The position numbers and the translations under genes were made by a program. 32,085 nt of DNA from Octopus bimaculoides (Eukaryota). Positions 1-12,641 of this stretch are shown in pieces. The stretch lies in contig NC_068989.1 of assembly GCF_001194135.2 (NCBI RefSeq), forward strand, positions 66,518,031 to 66,550,115. Direction: 5' to 3'. Position 1 is the stretch's first letter. Each line of letters opens with the position of its first letter. The notes beneath the pieces were generated by a model. That model was not told where the DNA came from and made no database searches. It worked only from the letters and a program-made list of their open reading frames with translations.

Positions 1-510
<510 letters not shown>

Positions 511-1138
511 ATACATACATACCTTTAATGGCAGAAACAGAGCGCTTACATTTTCTAATCTGAGTTCCTTGACAGCGATTATTCGATACTCGCTCTCGCT
601 CATCTTCGGCTGCAAGTTTAATATATGTGTGATGCATGCTTACTAGAGTAGCAAACACCGCCAGTGTAAGACTTAATTTATCTTTAATTATCCTTAATTT
701 TCTATAAATATATATTTTTGCTCCTCATCAAATTGCATTTGCTGCGATATTATTATGATCGTAAATGTAGATGTACATTTATAATCGTGCAGATATATGT
801 TGTTCGATTGGGTATGTATAAATATTTGCATTTACATACTATGGCATATTGCACTGTTGACAGAAAGGAGTTTTACAACCCCATTGCAGAAATCGATCTA
901 CAATTAACCATTTTTTAAAAATCTTATTCATCTATCTGCTTACAACCTGTACTAACGGAGTGTAGATATGGTTTTTAGAGCCATTTGGCGTCTATTTCTA
1001 GCGTTTTGGTGGAGTTTATCCGCTCCTTTAATACAATTATATTATGTAATTATATATTAGTATAAATTGTTACTTGTATGGTTTTGTTACACGTTAGCCA
1101 CTTGATAAAAATCATTAAAGTGATTTTATCCTTAATTT

Positions 1139-1175
<37 letters not shown>

Positions 1176-1328
1176 GGAATTTACAAAAAAAAACAAGCAA
1201 AACAAAAGACGAAGATGGGTTTGTAAACAACTAACAAATGTATTAGTTCAACGTTCGGGAAGTGAGAAAGTCTTTTACGTTTCGAGCCTATGCTCTTCAA
1301 CAGAATGGAACACAGAAATAAACAGAGA

Positions 1329-1371
<43 letters not shown>

Positions 1372-1487
1372 TACACATATACATACATGTGTGTGTGTGT
1401 GTGTCTGTGTGTATGTATGTATGTATATATGTATGTATGTATGCAAGTATGTATATATATACACACACATTTATATACATGCATACG

Positions 1488-1531
<44 letters not shown>

Positions 1532-1534
1532 TTT

Positions 1535-1680
1535 TTTGTTTTACTTGTTTCAGTCATTTGACTGCGTGCTGCTATATCGGAGCACTGCCTTGAAGGGTTT
1601 CAGTTGAATAAATCAAACGCAGTGCTTATTTTTAAAGCGTCGTACTTATTTAATCGATCATTTAGGCAGAACTGCTAGGG
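1535..1680 (-). mobile_element. SINE 3'-half relic
   Basis: TTTTACTTGTTTCAGTCATTTGACTGC...GCACTGCCTTGAAGGGTT...GTACTTATT...GAACTGCTA. The same sequence type recurs at about 18020-18200. Confidence 0.5.
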
Positions 1681-2949
1681 TATGAGGACCATATAACCCG
1701 CGCTTATGCCTTTATAAAGAGCTATGGGAACGAGCACTAAAAACGTGTTGGTCCTCATAGCTCTTTTGGAGGCTACAGGATTTGTGTAATAGAAAATATT
1801 GCGACGCGTTTATACATTAAATACATGGTGTTGTACTGGCTTTGAGTGCATATACTAACGAAAATGTATTTATAGAGGGCTGCTTTCCTTATATGGATAG
1901 ACTGGCCAAAATGTTATTATCAGTCAACACGTATTAAATACTAAACGCAGAGGTAAATGTAAGCATTTGGGGTGTAAACATAGTCTGATACAGATGAGGA
2001 CACGTATATACTTCACTCACAGTTAGACGTTGTTTAAAGTTAATTTTATAAAAGATAGAGATTACTTCGGTAGAAAGAAAAGAGGCCTTGAGAGGTTGTT
2101 ATACGATGGCTTGTGTGATGTGTAGCATTCTAGGGTTTCTTCTTAAGAAATCGGATTCTTTTGGGATGTGGCTTCAAGCAGAGATAATTTTGATACCAAC
2201 GAAAGGGACTGAGACAGAAAGAGACTGAGAGGAGATTTTATTAGATTGTGTGACCTTTAAAAACTTTATAATGAACATTGATTACTATAGCAGACACGAT
2301 AGAGATTTTGACAATGTATCACATAATGGTTGATCGGCAGTTTTAATTAAAATGTGAGACATTGTAAGTTTTCTTCTCAAGGAACTTTATTACAATATAA
2401 CTTCAACCGCATATATTTTTCTACGGAGAATGCAGCGACACAGATGTGAGTAGAAGGTCAGATGTCAACACTGAGTTTTATGATGGGTCACAAGATCATC
2501 CTGCCCATAATATTTGAGGTTTCTTTAAGAGGAAATCCAGTTTTTTTTTTAATATTCTATATTTGGTTTTGGTGAAATGCTTGCAGTTTCCACGAAAGGT
2601 TATTGGAGGTGTTTGTTGCTTTTAGAATTTGCTTTAAGAAACTAATTAGTGAAATGAATATTAAATAAAGTTTTGAATATCTACATTCGTGGAAAATGAT
2701 CAAGCTACTGTATATATAGCCTAGGGGTGTATTTTATTTAGTGATTTCCGCAGCAAGATAACTACAGTAAAGAAAGGAATCAATGCGATAATCAAATTCT
2801 ATACATCTGAGTTGAGAGGATATGACTGGTGACTCCATAAACAAGCGTTGGTTGAGTTAGTATAGTATGCACAGTTTTGTTACAATGAATTATTTTAAAT
2901 ACTAACTTTAACACATATGAAAACAAAATATCCATGAAAAGAAGAAAAT

Positions 2950-2979
2950 ATGTGTGTATGATGTGTATGTATATGTATA

Positions 2980-3032
<53 letters not shown>

Positions 3033-3277
3033 NNNNNNNNNNNNNNNNNNNNNNNNNNNNNNNNNNNNNNNNNNNNNNNNNNNNNNNNNNNNNNNNNNNN
3101 NNNNNNNNNNNNNNNNNNNNNNNNNNNNNNNNNNNNNNNNNNNNNNNNNNNNNNNNNNNNNNNNNNNNNNNNNNNNNNNNNNNNNNNNNNNNNNNNNNNN
3201 NNNNNNNNNNNNNNNNNNNNNNNNNNNNNNNNNNNNNNNNNNNNNNNNNNNNNNNNNATATATATATATATATACAT

Positions 3278-3352
<75 letters not shown>
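2950..3352. repeat. (AT)n / N-gap / (ATAG)n microsatellite block
   Basis: Visible; (ATAG)n at about 3278-3352. Confidence 0.95.
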
Positions 3353-3353
<1 letters not shown>

Positions 3354-3544
3354 AACTTCATGGGAAAAGCAGATTTAAGCCAAAGGAATATCAGTTAAAA
3401 AAGTCATATCAAAGTATACACTGTAAACGTTTGTTCTGGTAAAAAAGCCTGAATACAAATTTTTAAGGTAAACATTTAGTGCCTGAAGATATTCGACCGT
3501 AATCAGTGATCACTTAGCCAAACACAATTGTAAATTTCACAAAC

Positions 3545-3550
3545 TTTATT
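3545..3550 (-). terminator. Candidate polyadenylation signal of the GPCR mRNA
   Basis: AATAAA about 420 nt after the stop codon, followed about 20 nt later by a GU/U-rich stretch (TTGTGTTTGG). Confidence 0.4.
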
Positions 3551-3968
3551 ACTGATGTGTAGATGTTTAACAATAATTTTCCATTTGTTTCTATCATTTC
3601 AGAATCCAGGGAAAAGTTCAAAATGGTGTATTGAGTAATCTTTTGGAATCACTTTCAATACTTGAGAAATGCTGGATATAAAAGAGCAACAGGCTGGTTG
3701 TTGGTAGAATAAGAAGGATTATTTCTTCTTATGGATGGGATACACGATCAATTTTTTTTTTCTATATTTCAAAGTATCTGTAGAGGTACACGTTTAATAA
3801 TTTAATGAGAACAGGAGACAAATTCAGTGACATATTGCTGCTCACAAATGTATTCCAGCCATTTTTATCAATGAAAAGTATCTGATCATAAGTCGGGTCA
3901 ATAAAAGTTAATCGAGAACGAAACAACAAAACCAACGACGATGACAACATTATATGTACGTTTTCAGA

Positions 3969-5081
3969 TTATTTTTTTCTACGACGATTACTACGACAAA
4001 TAAAAGTGTCTTTAAAACTCTTTCTGAAATTATCAGAGACCAGCGCATAGAGGAGAGGATTTAAACCGCTGTTTGCATAATAAAGTAAATAACATATTGG
4101 AGAAAATAAACTTCCAAGAGATCGCGTGTCTGCCCACATGTATAAACAAGATCTGATATGGTAAGGAAGAGCTAATACAGCGAATGAACCAATTATCATT
4201 ACAAGAAGAATAATGACTTTTCTTCGGGCTTGGATCGCTTTCTGTGTAGTAACTCGTGGATAATTTTTTTGATGATGCTGTTCAGGGCATATCTGACTTG
4301 AAATATTGTTGTGCCTTAAAGTTTCTTTAACAAGAGTTACTCTTTGAAGGCTATTTCTGTTACTTGAGTGTCCTTTCATCGATGAACCAGCGCTATTTAG
4401 ACTGTCTATTGAGTAAATCTCTGTGTTACTCCCACAATCAGTTTCACCTTCGCATTCCGACATGCATTCACTTTCTATATAGGGTTCTCTGTTTGATAAA
4501 GTTACTTTGCATTTATCTCTATCCAGAGAAATATCTTTATAACCAGAACACACAAATTCTTTATTTTGATCTTCATACTTTCTGTCGTTCATTTCTCTGC
4601 AGGAATGAGAATAATAGTTTTGATTCTCTTTTTGGTTTGAAGAAACACTTTTTCCGCTAACACATTTTCTGTAAGTCTGAGAACTAGTATTCAAAACAAA
4701 GTTTTTAGAACTACTGCTTTGCCAAAGCACAGCTGCAATTTTGACGTACATGAATGTAAGCACTGATAATGGAATAGTGTACCAAATGACAAGGTTAGCT
4801 AGGACATACGCATTGGTATTTATACTATCAGAACGTATGTAGCAATAAGTGTTGTTGCCAATAACAAACGTATCATAGTCTACAAGTTGAGGAGAGTTGT
4901 AGATAATCAAGAATAACCAGATAAATCCTTGTAAGATCTTCAGCCGTCTAAATGTGAACATCTGCTTGGCCTTCAAAGGATACAGTACAGCTATGTATCG
5001 TTCCACTGAAATTACCGTAAGAAGCAGTACAGGCACGGTCAAACTCATGTAATGAACAAAGTAGTACAATTTACACATCAC
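3969..5081 (-). CDS. TrissinR: Trissin receptor-like GPCR, coding exon 3 (TM3-TM7 and C-tail)
   Basis: Acceptor TTTTTTTTGCAG|GTG ATG TGT. 370 codons plus TAA with C3.25, ERY, TM4 W...P, TM5 IP...Y, TM6 FAVLALPYH, TM7 NSGLNPLLY and helix 8 SDNFRKSF. Spliced CDS is 1440 nt = 479 aa. ARRKVI..L, LPYH and NSG.NPLLYA..S.NFRK resemble insect trissin receptors as I recall them. Confidence 0.93.
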   Translation of the reverse strand: MMCKLYYFVHYMSLTVPVLLLTVISVERYIAVLYPLKAKQMFTFRRLKILQGFIWLFLIIYNSPQLVDYDTFVIGNNTYCYIRSDSINTNAYVLANLVIWYTIPLSVLTFMYVKIAAVLWQSSSSKNFVLNTSSQTYRKCVSGKSVSSNQKENQNYYSHSCREMNDRKYEDQNKEFVCSGYKDISLDRDKCKVTLSNREPYIESECMSECEGETDCGSNTEIYSIDSLNSAGSSMKGHSSNRNSLQRVTLVKETLRHNNISSQICPEQHHQKNYPRVTTQKAIQARRKVIILLVMIIGSFAVLALPYHIRSCLYMWADTRSLGSLFSPICYLLYYANSGLNPLLYALVSDNFRKSFKDTFICRSNRRRKK

Positions 5082-5217
5082 CTGCAAAAAAAAAGCCAAC
5101 TAAAATTAGCATACATATATACACATATGCGTATACGCACACATGCACGCACGCTTACATACATATACAGACACACATACATACATATATAAATAAATAA
5201 ATATATATGTATATAAT

Positions 5218-5258
<41 letters not shown>

Positions 5259-5335
5259 NNNNNNNNNNNNNNNNNNNNNNNNNNNNNNNNNNNNNNNNNN
5301 NNNNNNNNNNNNNNNNNNNNNNNNNNNNNNNNACT

Positions 5336-5406
<71 letters not shown>

Positions 5407-5458
5407 TGATAAAAGATATAGATATAGATATAGATATACACATATACATATACATATA

Positions 5459-6550
5459 CAGAGTGGGAAAGTAAAGTTTGGAATATTTTGGAAGCCTAAT
5501 TTATCATATATTCCTGAGCGTAAATACTAAAATATTTTTTTTATTTGAGGGTGGATGTACATAGAGTTAATTTAAGCAGAAGTTCCAGTCATACTATCTA
5601 GTATGTCCACTTAAGAAACCAAGAGGCAACGCATTGCTAATTTGCTTCGTGCCTGGGTTGCTATTGGACGTATTGTTCAGACTGTCGAGGCCTCTGTGAG
5701 CACTGTCTACATACAACGTTAAGAACCGAATGTTGGATATGGGAAAGTAAGGAAGTGGAGCCATAAAGGGAAAAAATGGGATAATGCATTTATTAAATAT
5801 TTCAAAGCCAAAATTTCCAAAGACCCAACAACATCCTTGAAAGTTGATCCAAAGACCATCAGAAATGCTGTACACACTGATTTACATTTGGGGTCATACG
5901 CGAGGACCCCGAGACACCTATGGACTCATGCAATGAAAGCCAAAAGGCATGAAAGGGCCAAAAAAGTGTTACGATACCTGAAGCACAATGGACAAACCGT
6001 AAAAAACTTTTCAGATGAAAAAATCTTTACCGTTGATGCTGTTTTAAACCGTCTGAAGTAAAGGGCGTCTTTAGGACGAAGCCCCCAGCTCAAGTCATGA
6101 TACTCGGAATTGTGGCGTCTGACGGAAAAAAAGATGCCTCTCCATTTTTTTCAAGTCTGTGGAAAAGGTAGGGACTAGCGTTTATTATAAAGTCTTGCGG
6201 TATAAGGCTTTTCATTATACTAACTACCCCAACAGTAATTATGTGTAGACCGAATATGGTGATCCAGCTCATACGGTGAAGAAAGTGCAGAAATTCTGTG
6301 AAGACAACTTCGCTGACTTTTGGCCTGCCAATTTCTAGCTTTCTTCTAGCCTAGACTTGAACTCTCTGGACTATGCCGTATAGGACAAATTGGAGGTCCC
6401 TACCAACAGAACTTCACATCCAAGTCTTGATCAAGTCTTGAGGGAAGAGTGGGACATCATGTCTGAGTACTTCCTCATAAAGAGTTGTGACGCCTTCAGG
6501 CGGCGTGTGAAGGCTGTGATGCACAATGAAGGCAGATATATTGAATACTT
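5459..6550 (+). mobile_element. Decayed Tc1/mariner-superfamily transposon, DD37D (maT)-type, in GPCR intron 2
   Basis: Fragments FSDEKIFTV, VMILGIVASDGKK and (Y for D)GDPAHT...FWPANF*LSSSLDLNSLDY with 37 residues between the 2nd and 3rd catalytic positions. C-terminal RRVKAVMHNEGRYIE. Starts TA|CAGAGTGGG. It has stops, frameshifts and an internal deletion; no matching 3' TIR found. Confidence 0.8.
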
Positions 6551-6889
6551 TGTCTCTTTATACTCCTACAAACTTGAGATAAAATTATATTTATGTCAGG
6601 TTACTGGTTATTTTAATATAAACAATTCAGTGAATTATCTATCTATCTATATGTATGTGTATATATATATATAATAATATTAGGGATAAAAATCCAAAAT
6701 TACAGGTAAAATCTCAATTAAAATCAATTTATTAAAAATTATAATTAAATTAAGTTTCACAGTATTAAATATATATATAAATATATAGTTTTAGGGAAAA
6801 GAACCAAGGTTCATGAACTCATCGATGAAAATCCACTATATAAACGTCACCAACTACCTACCCTGAGTTATTAATATCGGCACGTTCCT

Positions 6890-7050
6890 GGCATGTATGC
6901 ATGTATACACATACATATACATACATACATACGTACATACATACATACATACATACATATATACATGCATACATACATACATACATACATACATACATAC
7001 ATACATACATACATACATACATACATACATGCATGCATACATACATACAT
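6890..7050. repeat. (CATA)n microsatellite
   Basis: Visible. Confidence 0.95.
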
Positions 7051-7689
7051 GAAGACTAAGCTGGCAGAAATATGGAAGTCACTGTCAATACTGTTCTTGT
7101 TAAAGAATAATAAATATTTACTCTACGAAAAGTATGGAGTAATCCTTCAGTTTAATGTAAAATTGTTTTTATTATATCTTGAAATAAAATCAAACACAAT
7201 ATTTAATATATCTCTCTACCCCCTCCTTAACTCCCTCCCTCCCTCCCTCCCTGTATCTATTTATCTATCTATCAAACTGTTTATCTGCCTATGTACGTAT
7301 GTATGTATATAGGTTAGTATGTGCGTGGTTTTGTGTACAAATGAAAATATGATAAAACTTAGTATACGTAATTTGGTTCATGCTTCGTCGTTAAACCATT
7401 TTACCCATCCCTTTGAGAGTCTTCGTCGAGTAACCTGTAAAATACTTAGGGAGAAAGTGGAAGCTTCTTTGATGTGAAATCCACGTGCTAATTTGATTTC
7501 TTTTTGGATAGTTTATAAACGGCACCACATCGGAATTTAATGAAATCTTTTTTCCATTTTTGTACTGATTTCTTTAAAAAAATCTGCATAATTGATTTCT
7601 TTCTCCTTTTCATGTAATATTAAATTGTAAGTGTGGAGATTTGTATTTAATTATCATTCCACCATTATTCATAATGTTTCCTTTATTTT

Positions 7690-7741
7690 GATAATAATAA
7701 TAATAATAATGATGATGAGGATGATGATGATGATGATGATG

Positions 7742-7799
<58 letters not shown>

Positions 7800-7916
7800 T
7801 AATAATACTAGGGTNNNNNNNNNNNNNNNNNNNNNNNNNNNATTCATAATGTTTCCTTTATTTTGATAATAATAATAATAATAATGATGATGAGGATGAT
7901 GATGATGATGATGATG

Positions 7917-7974
<58 letters not shown>

Positions 7975-7982
7975 TAATAATA
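7690..7982. repeat. (TAA)n/(TGA)n trinucleotide arrays, duplicated either side of an N-gap
   Basis: Visible; see the rejected list for the duplication. Confidence 0.9.
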
Positions 7983-8099
7983 CTAGGGTTTCATTTGAAG
8001 TAATCATTTTAGTTCCAGGGGTAATAAATGCACAAGAAATTATCACAAAGGGATTTCTGATGTAAAAATAATGACAAATGGCTTACTTTCATGCACTTC

Positions 8100-8760
8100 A
8101 AAATCACCACCCCCCCACACACACACACACTCACACACCACACACACGCACGGACACACACACATATACGTATGTAAATATATATATATTGTATAACATA
8201 TATGCATAATATATGTGTTTGTGTATATATATATTTATCCACTCTCACCACTTCAATCCACTACAAACACACAGACTCACACTCATACCTCAGCTGTTCC
8301 ACCTTCCACCCTAACCACACCAAGCTCTCCATCCCCTATTCCCAATTCCCCCGTCTAACCCCACCCCTACATAATCCAGCCCCACCTTCTTTATCCATCT
8401 TCATCCCACCGCCATCCCATCCATTACACTCACTCCCACATATCCCACCTCTACCCACACCCTCAGCCTAACCCACACTCCCACCCTTGCTTTCCTCAAT
8501 CTTGCTTCCCCCACATCCCAACACCACCATACCACACAACACAACCATATCACACAACACCACATCACATCACACCATCACACACGCACTAGCACTGACT
8601 ACTTCTCAGCCCCATATCGCCACACCTACACATACACACACACACGCGTCAAGGTTACCAGCCCTCTTCCACACGCACATATTGCTCTCTTATACACACG
8701 CACGCGCACCTTCATTTTGGGATCACCACTACTTTACTATATCCCCTTCTTCCTAGCTCT
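8100..8760. repeat. C/A-rich low-complexity tract (decayed CA/CCA repeats)
   Basis: Very G-poor on the plus strand, made of cac/ccc/aca motifs. Confidence 0.8.
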
Positions 8761-8924
8761 CATTCACCATGATAGATCGCTAGCCACTACGCATTCTTTA
8801 ATTTCTCTTCCTGTTTCTTTCTATGTTCCTTTCTGTGGAAGAGCGTAGACTCGAAACGTTAAAGACTTTTTCACTTCTCGAGCGTTAAACTAATACATCT
8901 CTTTGTTGTCTACAACACCTGTCA

Positions 8925-9062
<138 letters not shown>

Positions 9063-9069
9063 TATACAT

Positions 9070-10420
9070 ATAACTAAAAATTTATCCCATCCGGAGATTG
9101 AACGTACTAAGAAAGATATAATAAAATTATTTAAAAATAATAATTTAAATATAGCATTTGAAATAAATCATAAGATACCTAATTTTTTAGACATCACACT
9201 TAATCATAAAACTAATCTCCACCATCCATATAGAAAACCAGACCAAACCAAACCAAACCTTTCAGTACCTAAACGTTCTTTCTAATCATCCTAGATCAAG
9301 CCTCGATCGTATTGTAACTGCTATCTCAATTGGAATCTGAAACTGATCGGCGAGCGAGGAGATAATCAGCACTCACGCACCGTATTATTATAGCTAAGCC
9401 CTAAAGTTAAGTGGTTTTAAAAAGAAATATTTTACATCCTTGGTGCAATTCTAAAGACCAAAATTGCAAATATCTTGAACTGCCTTACAATCTAGTAATA
9501 CGAACCCCAGTTTAGAGAAACCAATTAAACATATGAAAAAACACTATATGAATAAGGCCCGCATTAATAATATGGCATTTAGGAATTCAAGTAAATATAA
9601 ACCCTACATCCCCAACCAATCTAATCAGACCAAATACTCAAAATCTAGGAAACGTGAAATTATATGGTTCGCCCCGCCCTTCTCTCTTCTGGTCAAATCT
9701 TTACCCAAATTATGCTTTAAGATATTGAAGGAAAATTTTCCTAAAAACCATAATATCATCCTATTTTTAATAAATTGTCAGTAAAATTGTCGTATTATAC
9801 TACTCCAAATTTAGGTTCGATCATAGCTTCCATCAACAGATCTAAACTCAGCCTTAAGAAATATACCCACACAAATCTTTATAATGAATTCTATAACTCC
9901 AAAATTGACACTATCTCCAACGTAAACATCACGCCAGGGCAACCCCAAACAGGTGGGGGTAATTGGAAAATTAATACCGATGCAGGAGGGGGTTGGGACA
10001 TGTAATTGCCGAATTGAGGAGTCGTGTCTATTAGCCGAATCCTGTTTACGTAATAACGTAGCATATAGGTGTTCTATGGAAATCCCTGCTACACACAGGG
10101 TAAGAGTTTATATAGGAAGCACTGTAGACTTTAAACTTCGATATAGGTCTCATTTGAACTCTTTTGCTAACACAAAATATCAATCTTCCACAACGCTAGC
10201 TTCTTATCTACAAGAACTTTAAATTGTTAGAATTTGACGATGGTAACATAAATATTATGCTCATGGAAAGAATTATCAAGCAAGAAGTTTTGGACACAAG
10301 GATTTGTGAGATGAGCATAGGCTTCTTGAGCAACGCTAGAAAGAGGTTAGCGTGATGGCAGTTAATGAGTAACAGCAGCCGTGTCTCATAGAAGTTTAGT
10401 TAAATTGGTTAACCTATCTG
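9070..10420 (+). mobile_element. Penelope-like retroelement fragment (RT C-terminus/thumb plus GIY-YIG endonuclease), decayed, in intron 2
   Basis: NFLDITL...PYRKP...(frameshift)YLNVLSNHP, then RKREIIWFAPPFS, then CNCRIEESC...VAY...VYIGSTVDFKLRYRSHLNSF...STTLASY. This is the GIY-YIG layout (YIG, R..H) with the Cys-rich linker typical of PLEs. Broken across frames. Confidence 0.85.
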
Positions 10421-10522
10421 AAATTCTCCTTAACATTTTTTTATACATTTGCGTCTCCGGTCTTTTATATGAGCACTTCTGCCTATTGCCTATATAATAA
10501 ACAAAGAAACTTTACTATATAC

Positions 10523-10575
<53 letters not shown>

Positions 10576-11776
10576 GGTATATAAATGTGCGTGTGTGTGA
10601 GTGTGTGTCTGTATGTGATGCATATGTATACATATGGTAACACCGTGTTAGCAGGCTTGTCAGTAGGTCTCACCGGAAATTTGTGGAATGTTATTAATTG
10701 TTGGATGATAAAGAGGAAGACCAGGCTTTAAAATGTTCGATGTGCATGTGAAATATCCTCAGGGATATTGAAGTCTATATTTTATAGCGCTTATTGTGAA
10801 GAGTCTATTTTGCATGCTCTTCATATATCGCGGGAATGAGGTGCGATAATTTTATTTGTTACGTATGCACACGCATACCTAGACAAATACACACAAACAT
10901 ATACACACAAGTATATATATAGAGAGAGAGAGAGATTGATTGATTCCTAGACAGACAGACAGACAGATAAATGGATGTTGATTTCGGGCCTTGTGCCTAG
11001 AGTAGAAAAGAATATGTGCATCTCAGAGCATGAGCAGGAGTAGTGGGAGAGCATAATAATCATGCGCTGAGAGGGATTCTTTGGGGTTTGAATAAATGTA
11101 ACAAAAGCAAAGATTGAAGGAAATATTAGCCATTCTCCATACTTTCTTGGGGTAACAAGCAGGAAATAACAGTTACCACCCCGCAACGAAATTTTATTAC
11201 ACAGTTTAATAAAACAACTGAAAAGATTACATTAATCAAACAGAAGATAATTTTGCGCAACAATTTATTATCAGTCACACTGATAATATAATGTCCTACG
11301 CTTATCCGAATAAGGGTATACTTAAATACGTTTAATATATTAGTATTTTACCTGATTTAAAATATTTATTTCTAAGGAATGAATGAATTGCCTGTATACT
11401 AATGTGTGATTTTATATCCGAGTCCACTATTCATCAAGAATTCTCTTGGACGGGTAGAAGCTTGATTGCGGCTTATAGCCTTTTACACCCCTATCACCGT
11501 TGCGTCAACTGATCCGGATATTAAGAAGTGGCACAGAGAGCAGTTTCTGTAGCCATTACAGTAGTCTACCGTAAGATTTATACAATACCCCAGTTCTGGC
11601 TGACACTACTACCACACTCTATGTTGTCATTGTCTGCAATGGTCATTAACTGCAACGGTCAGCAAAAGTCATGTTCACATTCAAGTCCACCTGAACTTTT
11701 TAAAAATGGATGTTCATGTTATTGAAATGATGTTTTTTGTGTTAACTAATGGAAAAAATACGGATTGAATACAAAC

Positions 11777-11937
11777 TTTTCCAAGATGCCAAACAGGTGA
11801 GAAATATGTCGACAAGTTTGGGAAGATGCAAAATACTCCAACGCAAAAATCTGCCACTGCAAGATTTGCCAGGAAGAAATTGGTACGTGTTCTCATTCGT
11901 GCATTTTTCACAATGATGTAGAGGACTAAAGAATTAC
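11777..11937 (-). CDS. TrissinR: Trissin receptor-like GPCR, coding exon 2 (end of TM1, ICL1, TM2, ECL1)
   Basis: Acceptor TTTTGCAG|GT AAT, then (G)NSLVLYIIVKNARMRTRTNFFLANLAVADFCVGVFCIFPNLSTYFSPVWHLGK, containing the TM2 LAxAD motif and ECL1 WxxG. Donor AAA|GTTTGT. 161 nt, frame-compatible with both neighbouring exons. Confidence 0.93.
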
Positions 11938-12295
11938 CTGCAAAACGATAAAAAATTGATTAGTTTATGAATTAACTATATTAGAAATATCAATTAATAC
12001 ATATAACTCACAGAAATAATTCAAGTGATATTTTTGAATTATTTGTACATCATATATATTTTTAATGGTTTATTTATTTTTTTTGGATAGCATTGTCAGC
12101 AGAATTTCTAAAAAAACTCATATGTACCCTTTACATGCATGCTAACCCTTGCCATCTCTAAAGATCTCCCTTGAAAGAATATTTTCAGCGTAACAACAAC
12201 AGCATCTCAAAAACTGATCTTTTTCTTCAGTGCCAGAAAAATATTTTCCTAACAACGTTTTACAAAACACAGCCAAGACCAGCGATTTTGTACTG

Positions 12296-12455
<160 letters not shown>

Positions 12456-12604
12456 ACAATTACCTTACACACACAAAAGTAAGGTAATTCAAATGTGTAA
12501 CATGAGGTCTCTCACTAACTAAACACTCATCCCAATAAACTCATCCTCTCTCTGTCTCTGTGCCTTTTCTACAAAATATCAAATTGGTGTGTGTGTGAGT
12601 GTGT

Positions 12605-12641
<37 letters not shown>

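Noticed and set aside
540-660. MSESEYRIIAVKEL, faintly like a mariner transposase N-terminus
   Set aside because: Too short, with no TIR or further motifs.
2030-2530. Possible very old LINE RT relic (IILIPTKG, DFDNVSH, ILPIIFE in scattered frames)
   Set aside because: The motifs are too degenerate to support by eye. A tBLASTn/HMM search with LINE RT would decide it.
4364-4660. 98-aa plus-strand ORF
   Set aside because: Antisense shadow of GPCR exon 3.
5082-5099. MAFFLQ start of the 376-aa ORF, implying a single-exon gene
   Set aside because: It is the pyrimidine tract and CAG acceptor read in frame. TM1 and TM2 are in upstream exons.
7665-7990. Apparent ~150-bp tandem duplication around a short N-gap
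   Set aside because: Both copies start TTCATAATGTTTCCTTTATTTTG and end TACTAGGGT on either side of the gap. This is most likely overlapping contig ends left unmerged (assembly artefact).
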